Program-made: the position numbers and the translations under genes
Shown here: positions 1-9,806 of the stretch, piece by piece
How the letters are laid out: every line of letters begins with the position of its first letter
How positions within the stretch are numbered: position 1 is the stretch's first letter
Assembly: GCF_003852895.1 (NCBI RefSeq)
Contig: NZ_QUSW01000007.1
Location: forward strand, 231,411 to 295,410
DNA length: 64,000 nucleotides
Reading direction: 5' to 3'
From: Piscinibacter terrae
GTDB lineage: Bacteria; Pseudomonadota; Gammaproteobacteria; Burkholderiales; Burkholderiaceae_C
The notes under the pieces: generated by a model
The model's input: only the letters and a program-made list of their open reading frames with translations
What the model was told of the DNA's origin: nothing
Database searches by the model: none

Positions 1-2
1 TG

Positions 3-110
3 TGGACCGTGAACTCGCAGGTGCTCAACGGCAAGATGACGCCCAAGGACGCAGGCCAGCGCATCCAGGCCGGCTTTGCCAAGTGGTACGCGCCCCAGCA
101 GGGCCAGTGA
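3..110 (+). CDS. C-terminal end of a periplasmic solute-binding protein (partial, start lies upstream of the window); probable substrate-binding component of the downstream sugar ABC transporter
   Basis: Frame-3 reading ...NGKMTPKDAGQRIQAGFAKWYAPQQGQ* ends at TGA 108-110 immediately upstream of two permease genes; C-terminal KWY..Q composition typical of sugar-binding proteins. Confidence 0.45.
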   Translation, partial: WTVNSQVLNGKMTPKDAGQRIQAGFAKWYAPQQGQ

Positions 111-134
111 TCGAGCGCGTGGAGTCCTGACCTC

Positions 135-1049
135 ATGAAGCAGCGTTTCGGCTGGCATGTGCTGGTGTTCCTGGCGCCGGCGTTCCTGATCTACAGCGCC
201 TTCAGCGCCTGGCCGCTGGCCGACACGCTGCGTCTCGGGCTCTACGCGACCGACGAGCATGGGGGCGTGGCCTTCGCGGGCCTCGCCAACTTCCAGAAGC
301 TGCTCTTCGACCCGCAGTGGTTCGAGAGTTTTCGCAATGCGATGCGCAACAACATCGTGTTCTTCGGCATCCACACGCTGGTGCAGAACCCGGTGGCCCT
401 GCTGCTGGCGGCGTTGCTGTCGCTGAAGGGCGTGCGTGGTGCGGCAACGTACCGCACCGTGCTGTTCCTGCCCACGCTGCTGTCGGTGGTGATCATCGGC
501 TTCACTTGGCAGCTCATCCTCTCGCCGCTGTGGGGCCTGGCGGAGAAGGTCCTCGGCGTCTTCGGCCTGGCCGACTGGTTCGGGCCGTGGCTGGGCATGG
601 AGAACACCGCCTTGCCCACCATCGCGCTCATCTCGGTGTGGCAGTTCGTGGGCATTCCGATGATGCTCATCTACGCCGCGCTGATCGCGATTCCCGATGA
701 CGTGATCGAGGCCGCGCAGGTGGAAGGCGCCAGCCCATGGCGCATCTTCTGGCAGATCCGCCTGCCGCTCATCCTGCCCACGCTGGGTCTCGTGAACATC
801 CTCACCTTCGTGGGCAACTTCAACGCCTTCGACCTCATCTACTCGGTGAAGGGCGCCTCGGCCGGGCCCAACTTCAGCACCGACTTGCTGGGCACCTTGT
901 TCTACCGCACCTTTTTCGGCTACCAGTCGCAAGTCGGCAGCGCCACCATGGGCGCGGCGCTGGCCACCTTGATGTTCCTCGTGATCCTCTCGGGCGTGGC
1001 GCTGTACTTCTTTGTCATCCAACGGCGCCTGCAGCGCTTCGCACTGTGA
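135..1049 (+). CDS. sugar ABC transporter permease (MalF/UgpA-like)
   Basis: 304-aa ORF with multiple hydrophobic TM segments and the ABC permease EAA-type loop region (DDVIEAAQVEGASPWRIFWQIRLP). Confidence 0.85.
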   Translation: MKQRFGWHVLVFLAPAFLIYSAFSAWPLADTLRLGLYATDEHGGVAFAGLANFQKLLFDPQWFESFRNAMRNNIVFFGIHTLVQNPVALLLAALLSLKGVRGAATYRTVLFLPTLLSVVIIGFTWQLILSPLWGLAEKVLGVFGLADWFGPWLGMENTALPTIALISVWQFVGIPMMLIYAALIAIPDDVIEAAQVEGASPWRIFWQIRLPLILPTLGLVNILTFVGNFNAFDLIYSVKGASAGPNFSTDLLGTLFYRTFFGYQSQVGSATMGAALATLMFLVILSGVALYFFVIQRRLQRFAL

Positions 1050-1060
1050 GCGCGGTCATC

Positions 1061-1936
1061 ATGTCTTCTCCTTCCACGGACCGCGCTGCATCGCACGGTG
1101 GGCTGCGTGCCGCCGCCATGGCGCGCTCCACCTTCGTGCACCTGGTGCTGGGCGGCTACAGCCTGCTGGTGCTGTGCCCCATCCTGCTGGTCATCCTCAA
1201 CTCGTTCAAGACGCGGCGCGCCATCTTCGACGACCCGCTCGCGTTACCCGCGGCGGCCAGCTTCAGCGTGGCGGGCTACCTGAAGGTGCTGTCCAACGCC
1301 TCCGTGCTGGGCATGTTCGCCAACAGCGCGCTCGTGACCGGCGTGTCGCTGGCGCTGATCCTGCTGTTCGGCGCGATGGCCGCCTGGGGGCTCACCGAAT
1401 ACGGTTTTCGCGGCAACCGCTGGCTCGTGCTCTTCTTCGCCTTCGGCATCATGGTGCCCATCCGCCTCGGGTCGGTGTCCATCCTGCAGACCATGGTCGC
1501 GCTGGACCTCGTCAACACGCTGACCGCGCTGGTGCTGGTCTATGTGGCGCAGGGGCTGCCGCTGGCGATCATGATCCTGTCGGAGTTCATCCAGCAGGTG
1601 CCCGGCGAGCTCAAGGACGCGGCGCGCTGCGACGGCGTGGGCGAGTTCACCATCTTCTTTCGCATCATCCTGCCGCTCATCCGCCCTGCGGTCGCCACCG
1701 TCACCGTGTTCACCATGGTGCCGATCTGGAACGACCTGTGGTTCCCGCTGATCCTCGCGCCGTCCGAGGGCACGCAGACCATCACGCTGGGCGTGCAGCA
1801 GTTCATCGGCCAGTTCGCCACCGACTGGAACGCGGTGCTGGCCGCGCTGTCGCTGGCCGTGCTGCCCATCCTCGTGCTGTACGCGCTGTCGTCGCGCCAG
1901 CTCATCCGCGGCATCACCGCGGGTGCCGTCAAGTAA
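1061..1936 (+). CDS. sugar ABC transporter permease (MalG/UgpE-like)
   Basis: ATG at 1061 (MSSPSTD...) 12 nt after the upstream stop; TM-rich; conserved permease loop DAARCDGVGEFTIFFRIILPL. Confidence 0.85.
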   Translation: MSSPSTDRAASHGGLRAAAMARSTFVHLVLGGYSLLVLCPILLVILNSFKTRRAIFDDPLALPAAASFSVAGYLKVLSNASVLGMFANSALVTGVSLALILLFGAMAAWGLTEYGFRGNRWLVLFFAFGIMVPIRLGSVSILQTMVALDLVNTLTALVLVYVAQGLPLAIMILSEFIQQVPGELKDAARCDGVGEFTIFFRIILPLIRPAVATVTVFTMVPIWNDLWFPLILAPSEGTQTITLGVQQFIGQFATDWNAVLAALSLAVLPILVLYALSSRQLIRGITAGAVK

Positions 1937-1949
1937 GCGAGCCTGACCC

Positions 1950-3074
<1,125 letters not shown>

Positions 3075-3200
3075 CCTCCTGAAGCTGGCCTAGGCCACTT
3101 CCCCTCCCATCACCTTTTCCACATCCGACGCGCGGCGTGGGGCCTGCGCGTGGGCGAACTCGTCCCCACGATTCTCACAACACCACGAGGAAGACGAAAC

Positions 3201-4388
3201 ATGAACCAACTCATGAAGGGGTGCGCACGGCTGGGCCTGTGCGCCATGACATTGGCGGCAGCCCAGGCAGCGAACGCAGTCGATGCGTCGGGCTACTTCC
3301 GTGCCGGACCGGGGTCCACGAGCAAGGGCCATGCACGGCAGTGCTACGGCATCGCCGACCCGGGCCTGAAGTACCGGCTGGGCAACGAATGCGACATCTA
3401 CGCCGAGCTCATCCTGTCGCAGCCGATGAAGGTGGACAACATCGAGGCCAGCGCGGTGATCATGACCGACCTGTGGAACGGTGCCACCGACAGCGGCTCC
3501 GAACGGCTGGAGATCGGCCAGCTCTTCGGCACCATCAAGGGCGTGGACTTCCTGCCCGAGGCCACTTTCTGGGCCGGCAAGCGCTTCTACTACGCCAACC
3601 AGGGCGTGCACATCGTCGACACCTGGTTCTGGAAGCCGGGCGCCGGCAGCGTGGGTGCGGGCGTGGATGACATCAAGATTCCGGTGGGCAAGTTCGGCCT
3701 GGCCTACTTCCGCACCGACGGCGCAGCCGCCGACGGCACCATGCCTTCGAGCCGCCTGCACATGGACTGGTCGGGCATCGAGGTGAATCCGGATGGCAAG
3801 CTGCGCGTGAACGCCAGCCTGTCGCGCGGCGACTTCAGCGGCGGCAAGTCGGGCATCGCGCTGAACTTGCATCACACGCAGTCGAACTTCCTCGGCCTGG
3901 GCGGCGCCAACGAGCTGATGCTGCAGTACGCGCAGGGGTCTGCGAACATCAACGGCTCGTTCGGTGTGGCCACGGAAGGCTCGGAAGTGAAAACCTGGCG
4001 CCTGGTGGAAAGCCCGACCTGGCAGGTCGGCCCGCTGGGCGGCCAGGGCCTGCTGATGCTGGCCAAGACCACCAAGCCGGCCGGCGAGACCAAGGAGATG
4101 AGCCTGGGCGGCCGTGCCTCGTATGCGGTGAGCAAGAACGTCAAGCTGCTGGCTGAGCTGGGCATCTCCAGCAAGACCCCGCCCACCGGCGGCAAGCAGC
4201 ACGTGGACAAGCTGACCCTGGGCCCGGCCATCGCCCCGGCGGCGGACTTCTGGAGCCGCCCGGAGTTCCGTGTCTATGCGACCTTCGGCAAGTGGAACGC
4301 GGCGGCCTCGGCCGATGCGGCCAACAGCCTGCCCACGGACAAGAGCCACGCCACCAGCCTGGGGGCGCAGTTCGAAGTCTGGTTCTGA
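3201..4388 (+). CDS. carbohydrate-selective porin, LamB/maltoporin-like
   Basis: ATG 3201 (MNQLMKG..) with signal peptide ...AAQAANA; beta-barrel-like alternating pattern, C-terminal ...QFEVWF; adjacent to sugar ABC operon. Confidence 0.7.
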   Translation: MNQLMKGCARLGLCAMTLAAAQAANAVDASGYFRAGPGSTSKGHARQCYGIADPGLKYRLGNECDIYAELILSQPMKVDNIEASAVIMTDLWNGATDSGSERLEIGQLFGTIKGVDFLPEATFWAGKRFYYANQGVHIVDTWFWKPGAGSVGAGVDDIKIPVGKFGLAYFRTDGAAADGTMPSSRLHMDWSGIEVNPDGKLRVNASLSRGDFSGGKSGIALNLHHTQSNFLGLGGANELMLQYAQGSANINGSFGVATEGSEVKTWRLVESPTWQVGPLGGQGLLMLAKTTKPAGETKEMSLGGRASYAVSKNVKLLAELGISSKTPPTGGKQHVDKLTLGPAIAPAADFWSRPEFRVYATFGKWNAAASADAANSLPTDKSHATSLGAQFEVWF

Positions 4389-4504
4389 GAAAGAAATTGT
4401 TTCGGCCTTGTCGATTCCACGGCGGCTGGTTCGTCGTGGAATCGTGAGGCCTCGAAAAAGCAAAGCGGCGCCTCTATGATCCCACCCACTTCACGGAGGC
4501 TCCC

Positions 4505-5089
4505 ATGCGCTACTCGACCCTTCTTCTGCTGTCCATCGCTTCTGCCGGCTTCATCGCCGCCACGGCCAATGCGGCACCGGTGACCTACAAGGTCGATCCG
4601 TCCCACACCTTCCCGAGCTTTGAGGCCGACCACATGGGCATCTCCGTGTGGCGCGGCAAGATGAACAAGAACAGCGGCACCATCGTCTACGACAAGGCGG
4701 CCGGCACCGGCACGGTGGACATCGCCATCGACCTCGCGGCCATCGACTTCGGCCAGGACCAGCTCAACAAGTGGGCCATGGGCAAGGACTTCTTCGACGT
4801 GAAGAAGAACCCCAAGGCCACCTTCAAGGGCATGTTCGATGCACCTGCCAACGGCGTGCCGACGCAAGTGGTGGGCGAGCTGACGCTGCACGGCGTGACC
4901 AAGCCGATGACGCTGAAGATCAACCAGCTCAAGTGCGTGCCGCATCCCATGCTCAAGCGCGAGCTGTGCGGGGCGGACGCGGTGGGCACCTTCAACCGCG
5001 ACGACTTCGGCCTCGCGGCAGGCAAGGACTGGGGCTTCAAGATGAACGTGGACCTGCGCATCCAGGTCGAGGCCGTGGCCGAGAAGTGA
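4505..5089 (+). CDS. yceI: YceI-family periplasmic polyisoprenoid-binding protein
   Basis: 194 aa, signal peptide, YceI-like motifs (YKVDPSHTFPSFEADHMGISVWRGKM...GELTLHGVTKPMTL). Confidence 0.85.
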   Translation: MRYSTLLLLSIASAGFIAATANAAPVTYKVDPSHTFPSFEADHMGISVWRGKMNKNSGTIVYDKAAGTGTVDIAIDLAAIDFGQDQLNKWAMGKDFFDVKKNPKATFKGMFDAPANGVPTQVVGELTLHGVTKPMTLKINQLKCVPHPMLKRELCGADAVGTFNRDDFGLAAGKDWGFKMNVDLRIQVEAVAEK

Positions 5090-5302
5090 TGCGCGGGCGA
5101 CGATTGATGCAACTTTGCGCAATGGTGTGATGCCAACAAAGTCCTTGCGCGCAGGTGTGTCGATCGTTCAAAATCCGCAGCCTTCACAGAGACGAATCAT
5201 GTTTGCCCATCAAGTGACCCAAGCGACCATCGAAGCCAAGGCTGTGCGCCTTGCCTTCTTCGCTCGCGTCCTTATCTAGCAAACGCCGTCTTTCCACCTG
5301 AA

Positions 5303-5340
5303 CCCCGGACGGCACCCCCTCCGGGGTTTTTGTTTTTTGA
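5303..5340 (+). terminator. rho-independent terminator-like hairpin plus T-run (ccccggacggcaccccctccgggg-TTTTTGTTTTTT)
   Basis: GC stem with 7-8 bp arms followed by a T-rich tract; lies about 210 nt downstream of yceI and about 200 nt upstream of the EF-G paralog start. Confidence 0.5.
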
Positions 5341-5544
5341 GCCTTTGATCATGCGCACCTACGACAAGCTGATCGCCACGATTCACGACCGCCGAAGCAC
5401 GTGCACACTGCACCCGTGTTTCGGCCGCGTCGTGGACGCGTGCTGCCTTGTCGGTCAAGATCAAGGGCACGCGATTTTTCTCACAGCAAGCGGCTGACCT
5501 CCATCGTGCGAATCTCGCCGGGAGGCGCTGCAAGAAAGATTCGC

Positions 5545-7581
5545 ATGAACACCACCAGATTCAGAAACCTCCGCAACATCGGCGTCATTGCGCACGTGGA
5601 CGCAGGCAAGACCACGACCACCGAGCGCATCCTGTTCCACACGGGCGAAACGCACCGCATCGGCAACGTCGATGACGGCAACACCCGCATGGACTACGAC
5701 GAGCAGGAGAAGAAGCGCGGCATCACCATCAAGAGCGCGGCGACCACCGTGTTCTGGAAGGGCACGCAGGTCAACGTCATCGACACGCCCGGGCACATCG
5801 ATTTCAACATCGAGGTGAACCGTTCGCTGCGCGTGCTCGACGGCGCGGTCGTGGTGTTCGATGCCGTGGCCGGCGTGGAACCACAGACAGAGACCAACTG
5901 GCGCCTGGCCGACAAGTACCGCGTGCCGCGCGTGGCCTTCATCAACAAGATGGACCGCGTGGGTTCGGACTTCCACCGTGTCGTGTCGATGATGACGGAC
6001 CGGCTGGGTGTGGTGCCGCTGGTGACGCAGTTGCCCATCGGCGCGGAGAGCGACTTCCGCGGCGTGGTGGATCTGCTCACGATGCGTTCGCTGGTGTGGC
6101 TGGACGATGAAGCGAAACAGCCGGCCGTCGTGGGCGACGTGCCTGCCGATCTGCTCGACGCCGCACGCTCGCATCGCGCACGTCTGGTGGAACTGGCCGT
6201 CGAACAGGACGAGTCCCTGCTCGAAGCCTTCGTGCACGGCCGTGAGCCCACTGTCGACCAACTGCGCGAGTGCATCCGCCGCGGCACGCTGGCGGGCGCC
6301 TTCGTGCCGGTGCTGGCTGGTGCGGCCTACCGCAACAAGGGTGTCGAGCCTTTGCTCGATGCGGTGGTGTCGTACCTGCCCAGCCCCGGCGAGCTCGCGT
6401 CGCAGATCGGCCAGCCGGAAGCGGACGCCGACGGCACCCTGGCGGCCCTGGCCTTCAAGGTGACGAGCGACGACCATGGCTCGATGGTGTTCATTCGTGT
6501 ATACCGCGGCCGCCTGCGCCAGGGCGACAGCGTCTTCAACGCCAGCACCGGCAAGCGCGAACGAGTGGGTCGGCTGTATGAGATCCATGCGGCCGACCGC
6601 GTCGAGCGCCATGAAGTGGTGGCAGGGGACATTGCCGGCATCGTGGGCCTGAAGGACACGCTGACCGGGCACACGCTGACCGACCAGGCCCACCCTGTGA
6701 TCCTGGAAGAAATCAGCGCGCCCGATCCGGTGATCGACGTGGCCATCGAGCCGAAGACGCAGGGCGACCAGCAGAACCTCGGCAAGGCCTTGCAGACCTT
6801 GACGCGGGAGGATCCGAGCCTTCGGGTGCGGCACGACGCCGACTCCGGGCAGACGATCCTCTCGGGCATGGGCGAGTTGCAGCTGGAGGTGACGCTGGAA
6901 AGCCTGCGCAGCAAGCACGCCGTGGAAGTCACGGTGGGTCGCCCGCAGGTGGCCTATCGCGAAACCATCGGCCGCGCGAGCGAGGTTCGCCACGTGCACA
7001 AGAAGCAGTCGGGTGGCCCTGGGCAGTTCGCCGAGGTGGTGTTGCGCATCGAGCCCTTGCCGCGAGGCGAGGGATTCCGCTTCGACAACGAGGTTGTCGG
7101 CGGCGCGGTGCCGCGGGAGTTCATCCCTGCGGTGGAAGCGGGTGTGCGGCGCGCCGCGCAGACAGGCGTGGTGGCCGGCTTCCCGGTGGTCGACTTCAAG
7201 GCGACGCTGGTGGACGGCGGCTTCCACGAACGCGACTCGTCGTCGCTAGCCTTCGAGCTGGCATCGGCGGCCACGTTCCGCGAGGCTGCGGCGCTTGCTC
7301 TGCCTCAGTTGCTGGAGCCGGTGATGGCTGTGGAGGTCATCACGCCGGCCGAGTACCTGGGCGATTGCATCGGCGACCTGAACCGTCGTCGCGGCCATGT
7401 ACGCGGCCAGCATCCGCGCGGCAACGCGACGGCCATCGAGGCCCACGTGCCGCTGAAGGAGATGTTCGGCTACATCGGCAGTTTGCGTGCCCTGTCGTCT
7501 GGGCGGGCCAGCTATTCGATGCAGCTGGATCATTACGCTGTGGCGCCGGCTGGCGTTGTGGCTGAAGTGGTTGCTGCGTGA
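5545..7581 (+). CDS. elongation factor G paralog (EF-G2-like translational GTPase)
   Basis: MNTTRFRNLRNIGVIAHVDAGKTTTTERILFHTG..., G1-G4 GTPase motifs, EF-G domains II-V; RBS GGGAGG upstream of ATG 5545; upstream in-frame extension to 5401 judged non-coding. Confidence 0.85.
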   Translation: MNTTRFRNLRNIGVIAHVDAGKTTTTERILFHTGETHRIGNVDDGNTRMDYDEQEKKRGITIKSAATTVFWKGTQVNVIDTPGHIDFNIEVNRSLRVLDGAVVVFDAVAGVEPQTETNWRLADKYRVPRVAFINKMDRVGSDFHRVVSMMTDRLGVVPLVTQLPIGAESDFRGVVDLLTMRSLVWLDDEAKQPAVVGDVPADLLDAARSHRARLVELAVEQDESLLEAFVHGREPTVDQLRECIRRGTLAGAFVPVLAGAAYRNKGVEPLLDAVVSYLPSPGELASQIGQPEADADGTLAALAFKVTSDDHGSMVFIRVYRGRLRQGDSVFNASTGKRERVGRLYEIHAADRVERHEVVAGDIAGIVGLKDTLTGHTLTDQAHPVILEEISAPDPVIDVAIEPKTQGDQQNLGKALQTLTREDPSLRVRHDADSGQTILSGMGELQLEVTLESLRSKHAVEVTVGRPQVAYRETIGRASEVRHVHKKQSGGPGQFAEVVLRIEPLPRGEGFRFDNEVVGGAVPREFIPAVEAGVRRAAQTGVVAGFPVVDFKATLVDGGFHERDSSSLAFELASAATFREAAALALPQLLEPVMAVEVITPAEYLGDCIGDLNRRRGHVRGQHPRGNATAIEAHVPLKEMFGYIGSLRALSSGRASYSMQLDHYAVAPAGVVAEVVAA

Positions 7582-7588
7582 GCTGTTG

Positions 7589-7626
7589 AGGGAGGTGCGG
7601 GGTGATCTGCACCTCCCTTTTTTGCT
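7589..7626 (+). terminator. rho-independent terminator of the EF-G paralog gene
   Basis: gggaggtgcggggtgatctgcacctccc followed by TTTTTTGC directly after the stop codon. Confidence 0.7.
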
Positions 7627-7639
7627 TTCGCCTTCCGTC

Positions 7640-8060
7640 GGGTGGGTCCGCGGCAGGCGGCATGGGCCAGGGGCTCCGACTGTGGCGGTCGGCGCTGAGC
7701 GCCGACTTCGCTGCGCTGCTCGCACCAAGGGGTGTGCCGCGGAACTCGCTCTGCGCCCCTGCGGTGCGCGCCGCTCAAACAGCCGCGGCAAGTATGAAGA
7801 CGAAGCGCGCTGCGCGCGCCACCCCTCGGTGCTGCGCTGCTCGCCGCCACACACGGAGCCCCTGGCCCATGCCGCCTGCCGCTCAAGTGGCGAAGGCTTT
7901 GCTCGACGAGAAAACCCGGTGCTGCTTTGCAAAGGTGCGGGCGGGCTGGGGGCGTTGCGCAGCGAAGTAAAGGAGGAGGGCCGGGCGAAGCCCGGACCGG
8001 GGGACATGAGCGGAGCAGCGCCCCCAGCCCGCTCGCACCTTTGCCCAACCCCAGGTTGGT
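7640..8060. repeat. non-coding block of nested inverted repeats (REP/MITE-like structured element)
   Basis: Inverted repeats ggccaggggctcc (7661-7673)/ggagcccctggcc (7856-7868); caccaaggggtg/cacccctcggtg; 28-bp arms ttgcaaaggtgcgggcgggctgggggcg (7926-7953)/cgcccccagcccgctcgcacctttgccc (8019-8046) flanking hairpin ggccgggcgaagcccggacc. Confidence 0.5.
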
Positions 8061-8071
8061 GAAAGAAGCGC

Positions 8072-8764
8072 TCAAGACATCCGCGAATTCAACCCCCGAT
8101 CCAGCATCGACAGCGAATGCCGAAACTCCCTGCGCAGCCGATACAGCTGCGCCGGCCGATTCGCCCGCCCCGACTGCATCTCGCCTTCGATGGCCTCCAG
8201 CATCCCCAGCTCATCCACCTTGCGCCGGAAGCTCACCTTGTTGATCGGCTCGCCGAGCACGCTTTCGTACACGGCCTGGAGCTGCGGCAAGGTGAAGCTT
8301 TCGCCGCACAGGTAGACCGGCAGCGAGGAATAGAGGCTCTTGGAGCGCACCCGATCGAGTGCGTGTTCGACGATGCTCTTGTGGTCGAAGGGCAGGCTGG
8401 GCAGCCGGTTCACAGGTACAACGTGGATGCCTTCGTCCTGGGCGGGCAGGATGCTCTCGGGCACCAGCGCGTAGTAGGCGATGGACACTGACCAGCCGCG
8501 CGGATCGCGCCCCGGCCCGGTGAAGCTGGCCAGTTGTTCGAGGTAAGGGCTGACGATGCCCGTCTTCTCCAGCAGCACACGGGCGGCCGCGTCGGAGGCG
8601 CTCTGGTCGGTGTCGATGTGCACGTAGCCGCCTGGCAGCGCCAGCGCATTGCGGAAGGGCTCGCGGTCGCGCTTGAGCAGGACGACGTGGAGCTGGTCCT
8701 GCCGCAGGGTGAGCAGCACCACGTCGACGGTGCAGATGATGGTTTCGGCGTCTGGACGGGGCAT
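8072..8764 (-). CDS. nrtR: NrtR-family transcriptional regulator (Nudix domain fused to C-terminal winged HTH) of NAD metabolism
   Basis: 230 aa; N-terminal Nudix fold (LLKRDREPFRNALALPGGYVH..EKTGI), C-terminal wHTH (FTLPQLQAVYESVLGEPINKVSFRRKV); divergent from pncA-pncB-nadE-nadM. Confidence 0.8.
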   Translation of the reverse strand: MPRPDAETIICTVDVVLLTLRQDQLHVVLLKRDREPFRNALALPGGYVHIDTDQSASDAAARVLLEKTGIVSPYLEQLASFTGPGRDPRGWSVSIAYYALVPESILPAQDEGIHVVPVNRLPSLPFDHKSIVEHALDRVRSKSLYSSLPVYLCGESFTLPQLQAVYESVLGEPINKVSFRRKVDELGMLEAIEGEMQSGRANRPAQLYRLRREFRHSLSMLDRGLNSRMS

Positions 8765-8775
8765 GGACTTATTTT

Positions 8776-8888
8776 ATTTCCACAACTAAGGGATTGATTG
8801 ATCGGAATCTCTTCGATCTCCACCTCAAAAGTTGTGGAAATTTGTCACAACTTACTTAGTTGCAAAATAGAACTAACAAAGCTATAGT
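8776..8888. promoter_or_regulatory. nrtR/pncA divergent control region: candidate NrtR operators overlapping a sigma70-like promoter
   Basis: Perfect 12-bp inverted repeat ATTTCCACAACT (8776-8787)/AGTTGTGGAAAT (8830-8841); palindrome CAACTtacttAGTTG (8848-8862) overlapping -35 TTGCAA (8860-8865), 17-bp spacer, -10 TATAGT (8883-8888) upstream of pncA ATG 8918. Confidence 0.45.
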
Positions 8889-8917
8889 TCAATCACACCG
8901 AACGAAAGGACAGCATC

Positions 8918-9787
8918 ATGAAGCGCAAGATCCAGCTCCTCATCATCGATCCGCAGAACGACTTCTGCGATCTGCCGGAAGCCTACCGCCCCGCAGACCC
9001 GGTGACTGGTGCGAAGGTCGCCCCCGCGCTGCCCGTGGCCGGTGCACATGCCGACATGCAGCGCACCGCCGAGCTGATCCGCCAAGGCGGCGCCGGCCTC
9101 ACCGACATCGCCATCACGCTCGACTCCCACCACCGCTTCGACATTGCGCACCCCACGTTCTGGAAGACGGGGCAGGGTGCCGCGGTCACGCCCTTCACGC
9201 AGATCACTGCCGCGCAGGTCCGCAGCGGCGAGTATCTGCCGCGTGATCCATCCGCCTTGCCGCGCACGCTGAGCTACCTGGATGCGCTGGAAGCCCGCGG
9301 CCGCTACACCCTGATGGTGTGGCCCGTTCACTGCGAGATCGGTTCCTGGGGCCACAACGTCCATGCCGATGTGCGTGCCGCCTACAACGCCTGGGAAGAA
9401 CGGCAACTGGGCGTGGTGCAGAAGGTCAACAAGGGCTCCAACCCCTGGACCGAGCACTACAGTGCCCTGCTGGCCGAAGTGCCCGATGCCGAGGACCCCG
9501 ACACGCAGCTGAACCAGGCGCTCATCGACCAGCTCGACCAGGCCGACACGCTGCTCATCACCGGTGAAGCCAGCAGCCATTGCGTGAAGGCCACCACCGA
9601 ACACATCGTGCAGAACCTGCCGGGCGGCCGGCTCGAGCGCATCGTGCTGCTCACCGACTGCATGAGCCCGGTGGGGGGCTTCGAGGCCCAGCACGCGGCC
9701 TTCCTGGCCGACATGCGCGGCAAGGGCGTGCAACTGGCCACCACGGCCGACGTGCTGCCTTCGCTGATTGCAAACGCCACCCGCTGA
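8918..9787 (+). CDS. pncA: isochorismatase-family cysteine hydrolase, probable nicotinamidase (PncA-like, unusually long at 289 aa)
   Basis: N-terminal [11 protein letters not shown] motif (catalytic Asp), conserved Lys and Cys ([11 protein letters not shown]) of the cysteine-hydrolase triad; first gene of NrtR-linked NAD salvage operon. Confidence 0.6.
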   Translation: MKRKIQLLIIDPQNDFCDLPEAYRPADPVTGAKVAPALPVAGAHADMQRTAELIRQGGAGLTDIAITLDSHHRFDIAHPTFWKTGQGAAVTPFTQITAAQVRSGEYLPRDPSALPRTLSYLDALEARGRYTLMVWPVHCEIGSWGHNVHADVRAAYNAWEERQLGVVQKVNKGSNPWTEHYSALLAEVPDAEDPDTQLNQALIDQLDQADTLLITGEASSHCVKATTEHIVQNLPGGRLERIVLLTDCMSPVGGFEAQHAAFLADMRGKGVQLATTADVLPSLIANATR

Positions 9788-9806
9788 ACAACGAACCACA
9801 GACACC

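Noticed and set aside
3090-4463. 457-aa minus-strand ORF antisense to the porin gene
   Set aside because: Arg/Ala/Gly-rich, low-complexity translation typical of high-GC antisense frames; fully overlaps a well-supported porin CDS.
4389-4504. Hairpin TTCCACGGCGGCTGGTTCGTCGTGGAA after the porin gene as a terminator
   Set aside because: Good stem but no downstream T-run on the plus strand; left uncalled (could still be a rho-dependent or structure-only terminator).
5461-7227. 588-aa minus-strand ORF antisense to the EF-G paralog
   Set aside because: Same GC-artefact composition; the sense strand encodes a textbook EF-G.
7246-8075. Several 120-250-aa ORFs on both strands inside the inverted-repeat block
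   Set aside because: They run through perfect long inverted repeats and have artefact composition; the region behaves as structured non-coding DNA.
8410-8823. 137-aa minus-strand ORF (MEIEEIPINQ...) spanning the nrtR 5' end and its promoter
   Set aside because: Overlaps the nrtR CDS in another frame and runs through the operator palindromes; Pro/Ser/Cys-rich artefact.
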